Source: Chloroflexota bacterium
GTDB lineage: Bacteria; Chloroflexota; Dehalococcoidia; UBA2979
Assembly: GCA_947479915.1 (NCBI GenBank)
Contig: CANKAU010000007.1
Span: 16,190 to 80,189, forward strand
Reading direction: 5' to 3'
Length of the DNA: 64,000 bases
Of the stretch, positions 18,745 through 27,864 are shown one piece after another. The notes under the pieces were generated by a model that saw only the letters and a list, made by a program, of their open reading frames with translations, did not search any database and was not told where the DNA came from. Both the position numbers and the translations under genes were made by a program. How positions within the stretch are numbered: the stretch's first letter is position 1; every line of letters begins with the position of its first letter.

Positions 18745-19596
18745 GTGCCACCGCGCGGCCTGCCAATCGCCGTCCCGGCAGATCGCCCCCTAAGGGGCGA
18801 TGAGATCGAGTTGCTATTGGCGTGGATTTTCACGCGCCCAAGACCGGACTACGAGTCCCGGTTTCAGTTGGGGACCTTCTTCAGCGAGATCGGCGACAGT
18901 CTCGGCACGCTGGCAAAAATAAACGGAGGACAGGCCGTTGTCTTCGCCCAAATTCGAAGCCTGATTTGGAAATGGGTCGTTGGGGGCTTCGTTGTTCCCT
19001 GCGGCAGCGCAGAGCAATTCGACGCCACTGAATCCGGTCGCGTGTTCCTTAGAGGAGTGGCCGATGACCGCCACCTCGCGGTAATCGAGGGCACGCTCGC
19101 CGCAAGGCTGCGCCGTGACATCCCCACGATTGACGAGGCGGTGGTCTTCTACGCCGATCAGAGCCAGCGATGCTTCCTCTCCGCTCTATATCAGCCGTCT
19201 GTCGTCATGCTTGGCTTAGCGAACGAGATGCTCGTTCAGACCCTTTTCGATGCGCTCCTTTCAGTGGAAGCAGCAGCAGGCATCCCGCCCTACCAGCCTC
19301 GACGAGGGAACACTTCGGTCGTGACGAAGATGGACTGGCTCGAGCTCCGATTTCGGGAGAATCGGACGCTGATCGGCCGGTACCTAACCGCCGCGGGACA
19401 GCCCAGCCGCTGGATCGACGATCTCCCGATGCTTCTCGGTCAGTCAAACGCCCTACGCCTCGTGAGGAACGACAGCGGCCACCCGAGTCCCTACCGCGGC
19501 GAGTATGAAGACGCGCTCGGTTTCCTCACACTCTTCCCGAAGATCGCGCAGGCTTTCACCGAAACGACTGTGGCTCTCGAAGCCCGCCGGCCATGA
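18745..19596 (+). CDS. Hypothetical protein of atypical low GC; C-terminal RLVRNDSGH (R-x4-H) motif reminiscent of HEPN/DUF4145
   Basis: GC drops to about 55-60% from 18795 to 19560 against about 72% in the flanks, with A/T-ending codons (cta, ttg, att, aaa, ata, caa). The stop overlaps the next start (ATGA). The true start may be the in-frame TTG near 18811. Confidence 0.55.
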   Translation: MPPRGLPIAVPADRPLRGDEIELLLAWIFTRPRPDYESRFQLGTFFSEIGDSLGTLAKINGGQAVVFAQIRSLIWKWVVGGFVVPCGSAEQFDATESGRVFLRGVADDRHLAVIEGTLAARLRRDIPTIDEAVVFYADQSQRCFLSALYQPSVVMLGLANEMLVQTLFDALLSVEAAAGIPPYQPRRGNTSVVTKMDWLELRFRENRTLIGRYLTAAGQPSRWIDDLPMLLGQSNALRLVRNDSGHPSPYRGEYEDALGFLTLFPKIAQAFTETTVALEARRP

Positions 19597-20099
19597 CCAC
19601 CCTCCCCACCGCGCTCGCGATCCTCGAGGGGACGCCGCGCGTGCTGCGCGCGATGGTGTACGGGGTGCCCGAGGCGATGCTGCTGCGCGTGCCGGAGAGC
19701 GGCGACGACAGCGGGTGGTGCGTGCGCGACGTCCTCGCGCACCTGCTAGTGAACGACCGGATCGCCCTCGAACGCTTTCGGCGCATCACGGTCGAGGATC
19801 ACCCGGCGATCGCCAACTTCGACGAGGAGGCGGTGCTCGCTGCCTCGGGCGCGCGGGAGCGGCCCATCGCCGCGCTCCTGGACGAGGTGGCGCGCGGGCG
19901 GCTGGAGCTGGTCACGTACCTCCACGGGCTGACCGAGGAGCAACTCCAGCGGGGTGGCGAGCACTCCGCCGTCGGCCCGATGCGCAGCATCGAACTGGTG
20001 CACCACCTCGCGTGGCACGACCTCAACCACATCCGGCAGGTCGCCACGCTGCTGGCCGAGCCGCTCCACGAACCTCGAGGCCCACTGCAGGCGTTCTGA
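19593..20099 (+). CDS. DinB/YfiT-like metal-dependent hydrolase family protein
   Basis: DinB_2 pattern (VRDVLAHLLVND...HHLAWHDLNHIRQ). Confidence 0.75.
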   Translation: MTTLPTALAILEGTPRVLRAMVYGVPEAMLLRVPESGDDSGWCVRDVLAHLLVNDRIALERFRRITVEDHPAIANFDEEAVLAASGARERPIAALLDEVARGRLELVTYLHGLTEEQLQRGGEHSAVGPMRSIELVHHLAWHDLNHIRQVATLLAEPLHEPRGPLQAF

Positions 20100-20158
20100 C
20101 GCACGAGATGCGGGATCGAGGCGGCGATCGTGTGCCTCGATTGCTCTACCCTGCTCGC

Positions 20159-20825
20159 CATGACCAGCGAACGACCGGCTACCGGCGCGACCCTCCTATC
20201 GACCTTTCGCCACGCCGCCCGCGTGCACGGCATGCTGGGCGAGAGCGAGCCGCTGAATCTCGACACCGCGTTCCGCGCGGTCCGCGACATGCCGTGGGCC
20301 GAGGCGAGCGACCTGCACCCCGAGACGGCGATCGGGGAGTGGCGCGGGACCGGGCGCGAGAAGCAGCTGCTGCTCGCCGCGATCCTCGACGCGCTCGGCT
20401 TCGAGACGGATCTGCTGGCGGTCACGCACGAGTTCGAGCCGGAGAGCGCGCCGTGGCTCCCGCCCGCGCTGATGGACGAGGTGCGCGCGGCGCCCGTACC
20501 GGACGTCCACCTGCTGCTGCGCGTGCAGACCAACCGCATGCTCGAAGAGTGGATGACGATGGACGCCACGTGGCCGCTGGCGCTCGGCGACCTCGGCCTG
20601 CCGGTGAACGACGGCGTCACACCCGGCCGCGACCACCGCCTCGCCTGCGATCCGGTCGAGGTCTACCACCTCCCGGACGTCGACGAGGACGAGGACGAGC
20701 CGGACGCGCTCTACGAGCTGATCGAGCGCATCCTGCGCGACCACGTGGGCGACGCGCCCGGCGCGTGGGAGCGGCGGCAGCGCTTCATGGGCGCGCTGGC
20801 GGAGTGGCTCGGCGCGCCTCGATAG
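20159..20825 (+). CDS. Hypothetical acidic protein
   Basis: ORF with coding GC3. No recognisable domain. Start chosen at MTSERPATG. Confidence 0.45.
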
Positions 20826-20860
20826 GCCGTGCGGGTAGCGGTGCGCTAGACTTCGACGCC

Positions 20861-21193
20861 ATGAACCGCACGCAATCGATCCGCGCCACCCTGCTCTACT
20901 CACTGGCCGGCACCGCCGTCTGGATGGGCCTCCTGCTCTACTGGGAGCAGTACACGCCGCGCGACGCCGCGATCATCTCGCCGCTGATCTTCGTCATGTT
21001 CTTCTCGACGATGCTCGCCTCGAACCGCCTGTCGGCCGCGCTGGCACGTCGCCTCGACGCTCGTCGCGCGGCGAACGCGCCGCAGCGGGGCCCCGCGGTC
21101 GTGGAGGCCACAAGCGAGCGCGCGGAGCACAACCAGCGCCGCCGCGAGCGTCTCCGCGCCGAGCGCACTCGCGCCGACCGCCGCAAGCGTTAG
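20861..21193 (+). CDS. Small membrane protein (2 TM) with Arg-rich C-terminal tail
   Basis: MNRTQSIRATLLYSLAGTAVWMGLLLYWEQ...ISPLIFVMFFSTMLA... with coding GC3. Confidence 0.4.
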   Translation: MNRTQSIRATLLYSLAGTAVWMGLLLYWEQYTPRDAAIISPLIFVMFFSTMLASNRLSAALARRLDARRAANAPQRGPAVVEATSERAEHNQRRRERLRAERTRADRRKR

Positions 21194-21253
21194 CGCGAGC
21201 CGCTGCGCCGGGGACGAGCACCTCGGACGCACCTCGACCGCACGTGCTCGCCG

Positions 21254-22360
21254 CTACGCGCAGGCCTCGATGATCGCCTGGGCCATCTCCTCGGTGCGGA
21301 GTTGGACCACGAGCGGATCGTGCAGGCCGTTGGTGACGTACGCGACGGCGAGGCCGAGGGACGGGTCGGCGTAGGAGATCGTGCACTGCTGGCCGCTGTG
21401 CCCGAAGACGCCCGGCCGGTCGTACGGCGCGAACACCCCGCCCACGATCACCCCGAGGCCGTACGAGGACGGCAGGTGGCTGCTCAGGTCCATGTCCGTG
21501 CGGACGTGCACCCGCGTCATGTCCTCCACCGTCTCGGGACGCAGCAGACGCACCTCGCCGCGCTCCGGGAGCGTGAGCACGCCGCCCTGCTCCAGCATCG
21601 CGTAGAAACGCGCGAGCGCCTCCGCCGTGCCGATGCCGTTCGCCGCGGGCAGCTGTGCCGTGAGCATCTCGCGCGAGGCGAACAGCGCGGCGATGCGCGT
21701 CGTGCGGTGCTCGGAGCCCTCAGGATCCTCGAACGTCACGTCGGACATCGCGCGGGGTAGCGCGACGACGCTCGGGTCGTCGACGCCAAGCGTCGCGTCC
21801 ATGCTCAACGGCTCGAAGATCTCCTGCGCGAGGAAGTCGCGCGGCATGCGTCCGTCGACGCGCCGCATGACCTCGCCCAGTGCGAAGCCGTAGGTCAGCG
21901 GGTGGTAGCCGACGGCGGTGCCCGGCGGCCAGAGCGCGGGCAGCGCGGCCGTGGCCGCGGCGAGGGCGCCCCAGTCGCTGGCACGCTCCGGCGGGAAGTC
22001 CTGGGGAAAGACGGGGAAGCCGCCCTGGTGCGTGAGCACGTGCCGCACGGTGCACGCAGCCTTGCCGCCCGCGGCGAACTCCGGCCACACCTCGGCGATC
22101 GGCATGTCGAGGTCAAGCGCGCCCCGCTCGACGAGCATGTGGATCGCGACCGCGGTCACCGGCTTCGTCGCGGAGAACCACTCGAGTCGCATGCCCGGTA
22201 GGGCCGCGTCCCCCAACCGCAGGTCGAGCACGGGGAGGCCGTCGCGGTAGATCCCGAGCTGCGCGTCCGGATGCCACCCGCGCTCGAAGTGCGTGCGCGC
22301 CACCTCTTCGATGCGCGCGAGACCGGCCGCCGTCAGGCCTCGAGGTTCCCCGACAGCCAT
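21254..22360 (-). CDS. Serine hydrolase of the beta-lactamase / esterase (class C-like) family
   Basis: SATKPV (S-x-x-K) motif; 368 aa. Confidence 0.8.
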   Translation of the reverse strand: MAVGEPRGLTAAGLARIEEVARTHFERGWHPDAQLGIYRDGLPVLDLRLGDAALPGMRLEWFSATKPVTAVAIHMLVERGALDLDMPIAEVWPEFAAGGKAACTVRHVLTHQGGFPVFPQDFPPERASDWGALAAATAALPALWPPGTAVGYHPLTYGFALGEVMRRVDGRMPRDFLAQEIFEPLSMDATLGVDDPSVVALPRAMSDVTFEDPEGSEHRTTRIAALFASREMLTAQLPAANGIGTAEALARFYAMLEQGGVLTLPERGEVRLLRPETVEDMTRVHVRTDMDLSSHLPSSYGLGVIVGGVFAPYDRPGVFGHSGQQCTISYADPSLGLAVAYVTNGLHDPLVVQLRTEEMAQAIIEACA

Positions 22361-22372
22361 GGCTACCCCGAT

Positions 22373-23359
22373 CTAGGCGATCTGCAGGACGATCTTACCG
22401 AAGTTCGCGTTCGACTCCATGTAGGCGTGGGCCTCGGCAATCTCATCGAAGCCGAAGACGCGGTCGACCACGGGCTGTACCGTACCGTTCGCCAGCAGCG
22501 GCACGACCCGCTGCACGAACGTCTGCACCAGCGTGGCCTTCTCCTCCAGCGGACGGCTGCGGAGCATGGTGCCGCGCAGCGTCAGCCGCTTCGACTGGAT
22601 CGCGCCGATGCTCATCTGGTCGACGGTCCCGCCGCCCATGCTGCCGACGATGATCATGCGGCCCTTCATCGCCATGGACTTCATGTTCTGCGCCCAGTAC
22701 GGCGCGCCGATCACGTCCAGCAGCACGTCGACGCCCTTGCCGCCGGTCTCGCGCTCCACGACCTCGGCGAAGTCCTCCGTGTGGTAGTTGATGCCGACAT
22801 CCAGCCCCAGCGTCTTCGCGCGGTGCAGCTTCTCGTCCGACCCCGCCGTCCCGAACGTCCTCGAAGACTGCGCGCGCGCCATCTGGATCGCGGCGGTGCC
22901 CACGCCGGAGCCGGCCGCGTGGATGAGCACGGACTCGCCCATCTGCAGCCCGCACTGCACGAAGACGGCGTCGTACGCGGTGAGGAAGACCTCCGGCACG
23001 GCGGCCGCCTGCGCAAGGTCGAGGTTCGCGGGGACGGGCATCAGCATGCGCTCATGGACGGCGACCTTGGTCGCGTGCCCCATGCCGCTCAGGAGCGCCA
23101 TGACGCGATCGCCGGGCTTCCATCCGCTCACGCGCTCGCCGACGGCCTCGATCACCCCGGACATCTCCACCCCCGGGATGTCCGCGCGGACACCGGCGGG
23201 CACGGGGTAGTTGCCGCGCCGCTGGAGCAGGTCGAGGCGGTTCAGCGCGCTGGCGTGGACGGCGACCAGCACTTCCTCCGGACCGAAGCTCGGGTCAGCC
23301 ATCTCCTGCAGCTGCAGGACCTCCGGGCCACCCTTCTCAGTGATCACGGCTGCGCGCAT
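22373..23359 (-). CDS. qor: NADPH:quinone oxidoreductase (zinc-type alcohol dehydrogenase superfamily)
   Basis: MRAAVITEKGGPEVLQLQEMADP... with the Rossmann motif AAGSGVGTAAIQ. Start trimmed to the ATG at 23357-23359. Confidence 0.85.
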   Translation of the reverse strand: MRAAVITEKGGPEVLQLQEMADPSFGPEEVLVAVHASALNRLDLLQRRGNYPVPAGVRADIPGVEMSGVIEAVGERVSGWKPGDRVMALLSGMGHATKVAVHERMLMPVPANLDLAQAAAVPEVFLTAYDAVFVQCGLQMGESVLIHAAGSGVGTAAIQMARAQSSRTFGTAGSDEKLHRAKTLGLDVGINYHTEDFAEVVERETGGKGVDVLLDVIGAPYWAQNMKSMAMKGRMIIVGSMGGGTVDQMSIGAIQSKRLTLRGTMLRSRPLEEKATLVQTFVQRVVPLLANGTVQPVVDRVFGFDEIAEAHAYMESNANFGKIVLQIA

Positions 23360-23513
23360 GTCGTCATTCTCCCTGCGTATGGTGTGCGTTCGGCGCCGCG
23401 ATGGTATCGCCCCTCGAACGGCGTACGCCATCCGCGCGACGAGGGCGCCCCCGGTCGGTGCTAGGATCGGGCAGAACCCCAAGGCGGCTGACGCCACGGC
23501 GGAAGGCTCACTC

Positions 23514-26018
23514 ATGCCGGATCTGCGCGACTCGTTGCGGCTCACCGCCGACCAGGTGACCGCGGCCTGCGATCTGAGCTGGCTCCACTTCAACACGACC
23601 GAGGATCTCCCGGTGCTTGAGGCGGTCTTCGGGCAGGAGCGCGCGGTGCGCGCGATCGAGTTCGCCCTCGGCATGTCGGCCCCGGGCTACAACCTCTTCG
23701 CCTCTGGACCGGACGGCTTCGGCAAGACGACGATCGTGGAGTCGTTCCTGCGGCGCCGCGCCGCGCAGATGCCCGCCCCGCTGGACTGGGTGTACGTCCA
23801 CAACTTCAACGACCCCGATCGTCCCGTCGCGATCTCGCTGGCCCCCGGCAACGCCCACGCCTTCGCGCTCGCCGTCGAACGGGCCGTCGAGGCGGCCGGA
23901 CGCGAGTTGAGCTCGGTCTTCGACTCCGATTCCTACGCGCGCCGCCGACAGGAGCTCGCCGACGAGCTGGATCGCGCGCGCGGGGTGATCCTCGAGGCGC
24001 TCCAGCGCCAGGCCGAGACCATGGGCTTCGCGCTCCAGTTCGGGCAGGCGGGGATCGTCTCCGCGCCGCTGATCGATGGCCACCCCGCCAGCGAGGAAGC
24101 GTTCGCCGCGCTCCCCGAGGAGCGGCGCAACGCCATCCTCGAGCAGCGCCGCCAGCTGGAGCGCGTCGTGCAGGAGTCGCTGCTGCAGGTGCGCGGCCTA
24201 GAGCGCGAGGCCGGCGAGAAGGCCACGAAGCTGGACCAGGAGGTCGCGGGCTACGCGACCTCTCACCTCTTCGAGCCGCTGATCGAGACCTACGGCTCCG
24301 ACATCGAGATCCGCGAATTCCTCGAGGCGGTTTCCGAGGACATCCAGGCGCAGCGCGACCGCTTCCGCAACGCGGGCCAACCGCAGCCCGTGCTACCGGG
24401 GATGATGATGCCTTCGCAGACGCCCCAGCTGAACCGCTACGCGGTGAACGTGGTCGTGTCCAACGACCCCCAGCGCGGCGCGCCGGTCATCCGCGAGGCG
24501 AACCCGACCTACTACAACCTCCTCGGACGCATCGAGTACCAGGGCCAGTTCGGCACCGCCGTGACCGACCACACCATGGTGAAGCCCGGGTCGCTGGCAC
24601 GCGCCAACGGTGGCTACTTGGTCATCCGCCTGCGCGATCTTCTCGCGAACCCGCAGGCGCTGGACGGCCTGAAGCGCGCACTGTCCTCGCAACGCCTCGC
24701 CATCGAGAACATCGCCGAGGCGTTCGGGCTGGTGCCGACAACGGGCCTGCGGCCGGAGCCGCTGCCGCTCAACGTGAAGGTCGTGATCGTCGGCGACGGC
24801 TCGCTGTACGGGCTCCTGTACCGCTACGACCCGGACTTCCGCGATCTGTTCCGCGTGAAGGCCGACTTCGAGACCGACTTCCCGCGCTCGCAGGAGAATG
24901 TCCGCGGCGTGGCCAACGTGATCCGCGCGGAGTGCGAGCGTTCCAGCCTGCTCCCCTTCTCGCGAGACGCCATCGGCCGCCTGATCGAGCACTCCTCGAG
25001 GATGGTCGAGGATCAGCGGCGGCTCTCCGCGAACATGGCGGCGTTCCTCGACATCGTCCGGCAGGCAGACTACTGGGCGCGACAGGACGGCGCGAAGATC
25101 GTGGAGGGCAGGCACGTCGACCGCTCGCTGGACGAGCGCATCTACCGCTCCTCGCTGGTGCGCGAGCGGATCATCGATGCGATGAACGACGGCTCCCTCT
25201 ACGTGGCGACCGAGGGCGCCGTGGTCGGCCAGATCAACGCGCTGTCCGTGTACGACCTGGGCGACATCTCCTTCGGTCGGCCGTCACGCGTGACGTGCGT
25301 GGTGTCCGCCGGACGCGGCACGATCGTGATGGTCGAGCGCGAGAGCGAGATGGCCGGCCGCATCCACAACAAGGGCTTCCTCATCCTGCGCGGCTTCCTC
25401 GCGAACAGGTTCGGCCAGAACCGTGCGAGCTCGCTGCACGCCAGCCTCACGTTCGAGCAGCTCTACGGGGACATCGACGGCGACTCGGCCTCCTCCACGG
25501 AGCTGTACTCGCTGCTGTCGGCGCTGTCGGAGCAGCCGATCGACCAGCAGATCGCGGTCACGGGCTCGGTGGATCAACTGGGCCGCGTCCAGCCCATCGG
25601 CGGCGCGACCGCGAAGATCGAGGGCTTCTTCGACATCTGCTCCGCCCGCGGGCTCACCGGCCGCCACGGCGTGATGCTCCCCCGCACGAACGTGGAGACG
25701 GTGGTGCTGCGCCCGGACGTCGCGCAGGCGATCCGCGAAGGCAAGTTCCACATCTACGCGGCCGACACCATCGAAGAGGGCATCGAGGTGCTGACCGGCG
25801 TGCCCGCCGGGCACGAGCGCGGCGAGGACGGACGCTTCCCCGAGGGAACGATCTTCCGCATGGTCGAAGATCGCCTCGCGAAATTCGCCAGCGAGCTGGA
25901 AGTGCGCCCGAACGCGGGCGGAGCCGAGATGCAGCACGTGCCGCCCGCCCGCATGGAGCAGCGCACGCCGCCGGGCATCCCGCCCAGCCCGCCGCCCGAG
26001 CCGCCGGTCATCGTGTAG
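23514..26018 (+). CDS. Lon-like ATP-dependent protease (COG1067 / LonC-type: AAA+ domain plus Lon S16 protease domain)
   Basis: Walker A GPDGFGKTT and C-terminal Lon protease domain (GDSASSTELYSLLSALS...). 834 aa. Listed ORF start trimmed to MPDLRDSL. Confidence 0.85.
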   Translation: MPDLRDSLRLTADQVTAACDLSWLHFNTTEDLPVLEAVFGQERAVRAIEFALGMSAPGYNLFASGPDGFGKTTIVESFLRRRAAQMPAPLDWVYVHNFNDPDRPVAISLAPGNAHAFALAVERAVEAAGRELSSVFDSDSYARRRQELADELDRARGVILEALQRQAETMGFALQFGQAGIVSAPLIDGHPASEEAFAALPEERRNAILEQRRQLERVVQESLLQVRGLEREAGEKATKLDQEVAGYATSHLFEPLIETYGSDIEIREFLEAVSEDIQAQRDRFRNAGQPQPVLPGMMMPSQTPQLNRYAVNVVVSNDPQRGAPVIREANPTYYNLLGRIEYQGQFGTAVTDHTMVKPGSLARANGGYLVIRLRDLLANPQALDGLKRALSSQRLAIENIAEAFGLVPTTGLRPEPLPLNVKVVIVGDGSLYGLLYRYDPDFRDLFRVKADFETDFPRSQENVRGVANVIRAECERSSLLPFSRDAIGRLIEHSSRMVEDQRRLSANMAAFLDIVRQADYWARQDGAKIVEGRHVDRSLDERIYRSSLVRERIIDAMNDGSLYVATEGAVVGQINALSVYDLGDISFGRPSRVTCVVSAGRGTIVMVERESEMAGRIHNKGFLILRGFLANRFGQNRASSLHASLTFEQLYGDIDGDSASSTELYSLLSALSEQPIDQQIAVTGSVDQLGRVQPIGGATAKIEGFFDICSARGLTGRHGVMLPRTNVETVVLRPDVAQAIREGKFHIYAADTIEEGIEVLTGVPAGHERGEDGRFPEGTIFRMVEDRLAKFASELEVRPNAGGAEMQHVPPARMEQRTPPGIPPSPPPEPPVIV

Positions 26019-26029
26019 ATGGCGTCCGG

Positions 26030-26605
26030 ATGACGATGTCCCCAGAGCGCGCCGGGCTGCCGCTGCTGACGCTGGACTTCGACGGTGTGATCTGCCGCCC
26101 GCCATTCGGGCGGAACGTCGGCATCCACCGCACGTTCCTCGACCCGGCCGCGCCGCCGCCCGAGGCAACGCAATACCCGCGCTGGCTGAACGACGCGCTG
26201 GACCACCTGCGCTTCGACCTGCGCGGCCCGATGCCCGGTGTCGCCGAGGCCCTCCGCGCACTACGCGAGGTGCGCCGCCTGACCATCGTCACCGGTCGCC
26301 GCAGCTCGCCGCGGTCGTGGTTGCGATGGCACGGCCTGGAGGGGTTCGTGGACGGGATCGTGGTGAACGACACAGCGCTGAAGAGCCCACACTTCAAGCT
26401 GCGCACGCTCGGCGCCCTGCACGCCGACGAGCACATCGACGACGACCCGAGGACGGCGCAACTGCTGGCGCAGGCATCCTCGACGCGAGTCTATCTCTGC
26501 GACTGGCCGCGCAATCGCGAACTGCATTACGACCCTCGCGTGGAACGCGTGGCCGACCTGCGCGCACTCGCGGAGCGGCTCAACGGCACCTCGACGGCGC
26601 ACTGA
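26030..26605 (+). CDS. HAD-superfamily hydrolase
   Basis: LDFDGVI (DxDxV) motif. The start lies 12 nt after the Lon-like stop. Confidence 0.6.
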   Translation: MTMSPERAGLPLLTLDFDGVICRPPFGRNVGIHRTFLDPAAPPPEATQYPRWLNDALDHLRFDLRGPMPGVAEALRALREVRRLTIVTGRRSSPRSWLRWHGLEGFVDGIVVNDTALKSPHFKLRTLGALHADEHIDDDPRTAQLLAQASSTRVYLCDWPRNRELHYDPRVERVADLRALAERLNGTSTAH

Positions 26606-26811
26606 ACTCGATCGGATCGAGCCGCGTGCGCATCGCGATGCGATCCAGGCGATGCGCGAAATTTCCTGCGCGGATCCCGTAGATGAACGCAACCAATCCG
26701 CGCGATGATGCGTTGTGTTGAGCGTGACGATCACAGGGCCCTGCAGTCGTCACGACCACACCCACGGGGTGCCGCCCGCTCATCCGCGGCGGCTAGTCAA
26801 AGGAACCAACT

Positions 26812-26895
26812 TTGGCTGCGACGAAGAAGCCCGCCGCGAAGCCCGCGGCGAAGCCGGCTGCCAAGCCGGCCGCCAAGCCCGCGAAGAAGAAGTAA
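26812..26895 (+). CDS. Micro-ORF: 27-aa Lys/Ala/Pro repeat peptide (M)AATKKPAAKPAAKPAAKPAAKPAKKK
   Basis: TTG start preceded by AAGGAA at 6-nt spacing. It is the first start after an in-frame TAG. A perfect intrinsic terminator follows 33 nt downstream. Confidence 0.35.
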   Translation: MAATKKPAAKPAAKPAAKPAAKPAKKK

Positions 26896-26927
26896 CTCCT
26901 CTTCGCGCCGCACGGCGCATCACTCAA

Positions 26928-26963
26928 CAAGGCCACCGGGACGCCGGTGGCCTTGTTGCTTGT
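26928..26963 (+). terminator. Rho-independent terminator CAAGGCCACCGG-gacg-CCGGTGGCCTTG followed by TTGCTTGT (possibly bidirectional, between convergent genes)
   Basis: 12-bp perfect stem, 4-nt loop and a T-rich tail, seen directly in the sequence. Confidence 0.6.
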
Positions 26964-26995
26964 CCGAGGCCGTGCAGCGCGAAGAGCGGGCGCGG

Positions 26996-27808
26996 CTACT
27001 CGAGGAGGCCGACGCGGCGGAGCAGCGTCAGGCAGTCCTCCGGGGCGCCGGCCACGTACGGCGGCACCTGGATCGTCTGCGGCGAGAGTTCGATCTGCGT
27101 CCCCTCGATCGACATGAGGATGCCGCCGACGCCTTCGAGGACGGCGACGCCGCCGGACACGTCCCAGACCGAACGCGGCCCGGTGGAGAAGTAGACGTCC
27201 GTGTCCACGCCGGCGGCGTGCACCAGCTTCACGGCGGCGGAGCCGCACGGGTACACCTCGTACGGGATGCGGTACTGCAGGCGGCGGCGCTCGTAGTCGT
27301 TGCGCGAGACGACCACGCGCTCCACCACGCCGTCGTTCGGAAGCATCGCCATCGGCACGCCGTCGCGGCGGCTCTCCCGGCGCGTCGAGGTGACCAGACC
27401 GGAGAGCACCGTGCCGTCCCAGGGGAAGCCGACGCCCCCGAGCACCAGCCGGTCATCCACGTACAGCCCGACCGAGACGCCGTACTCCGGTAGCCCGCGC
27501 AGGAACTCGCGCGTCCCGTCCAGGGGGTCAATGACCCACGTCGCCTCGCCGCGGATCAGCGGGGCTTCCTCCTCGGACTCCTCGGAGAGCCACCGGGCAC
27601 CCTCGATGAGGGGCATGAGGCGCTCGTGCAGCACGCGGTCGGCGGCGTAGTCCGCCTCGGTGACGGGGCCGGCCTCACCCTTGCTCGCGACCTTCATCGA
27701 GGTCTGCGCCAGCACCGCGCGAATCGCCTCGTTCGCCGCGCGCACGGCATCCTCCAGCCCCTCACGCACGGCATCGAGGTCGATCGCATCGAGGCGGGAA
27801 GAGGTCAC
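26996..27808 (-). CDS. Inositol monophosphatase family protein (SuhB/CysQ/HisN-like)
   Basis: WVIDPLDGT and DYAA motifs. Confidence 0.85.
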   Translation of the reverse strand: MTSSRLDAIDLDAVREGLEDAVRAANEAIRAVLAQTSMKVASKGEAGPVTEADYAADRVLHERLMPLIEGARWLSEESEEEAPLIRGEATWVIDPLDGTREFLRGLPEYGVSVGLYVDDRLVLGGVGFPWDGTVLSGLVTSTRRESRRDGVPMAMLPNDGVVERVVVSRNDYERRRLQYRIPYEVYPCGSAAVKLVHAAGVDTDVYFSTGPRSVWDVSGGVAVLEGVGGILMSIEGTQIELSPQTIQVPPYVAGAPEDCLTLLRRVGLLE

Positions 27809-27864
27809 GGGCGCTCCGATCTGCGGGCGTGCGGGCAGTTCACCGATGCTACACTCGCCCTGAC

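Noticed and set aside
23514-26018. Possibility that the Lon-like protease is BrxL of a BREX system
   Set aside because: No pglX, brxA, brxB, brxC or pglZ-like genes anywhere in the window. Its neighbours are metabolic genes.
26793-27248. Minus-strand ORF ending in a GFAAGFAAGL... repeat, opposite the KPAAK micro-ORF
   Set aside because: No start codon downstream of the suhB-like overlap. It would have to be translated through the terminator hairpin. The plus-strand micro-ORF with SD and terminator fits better.
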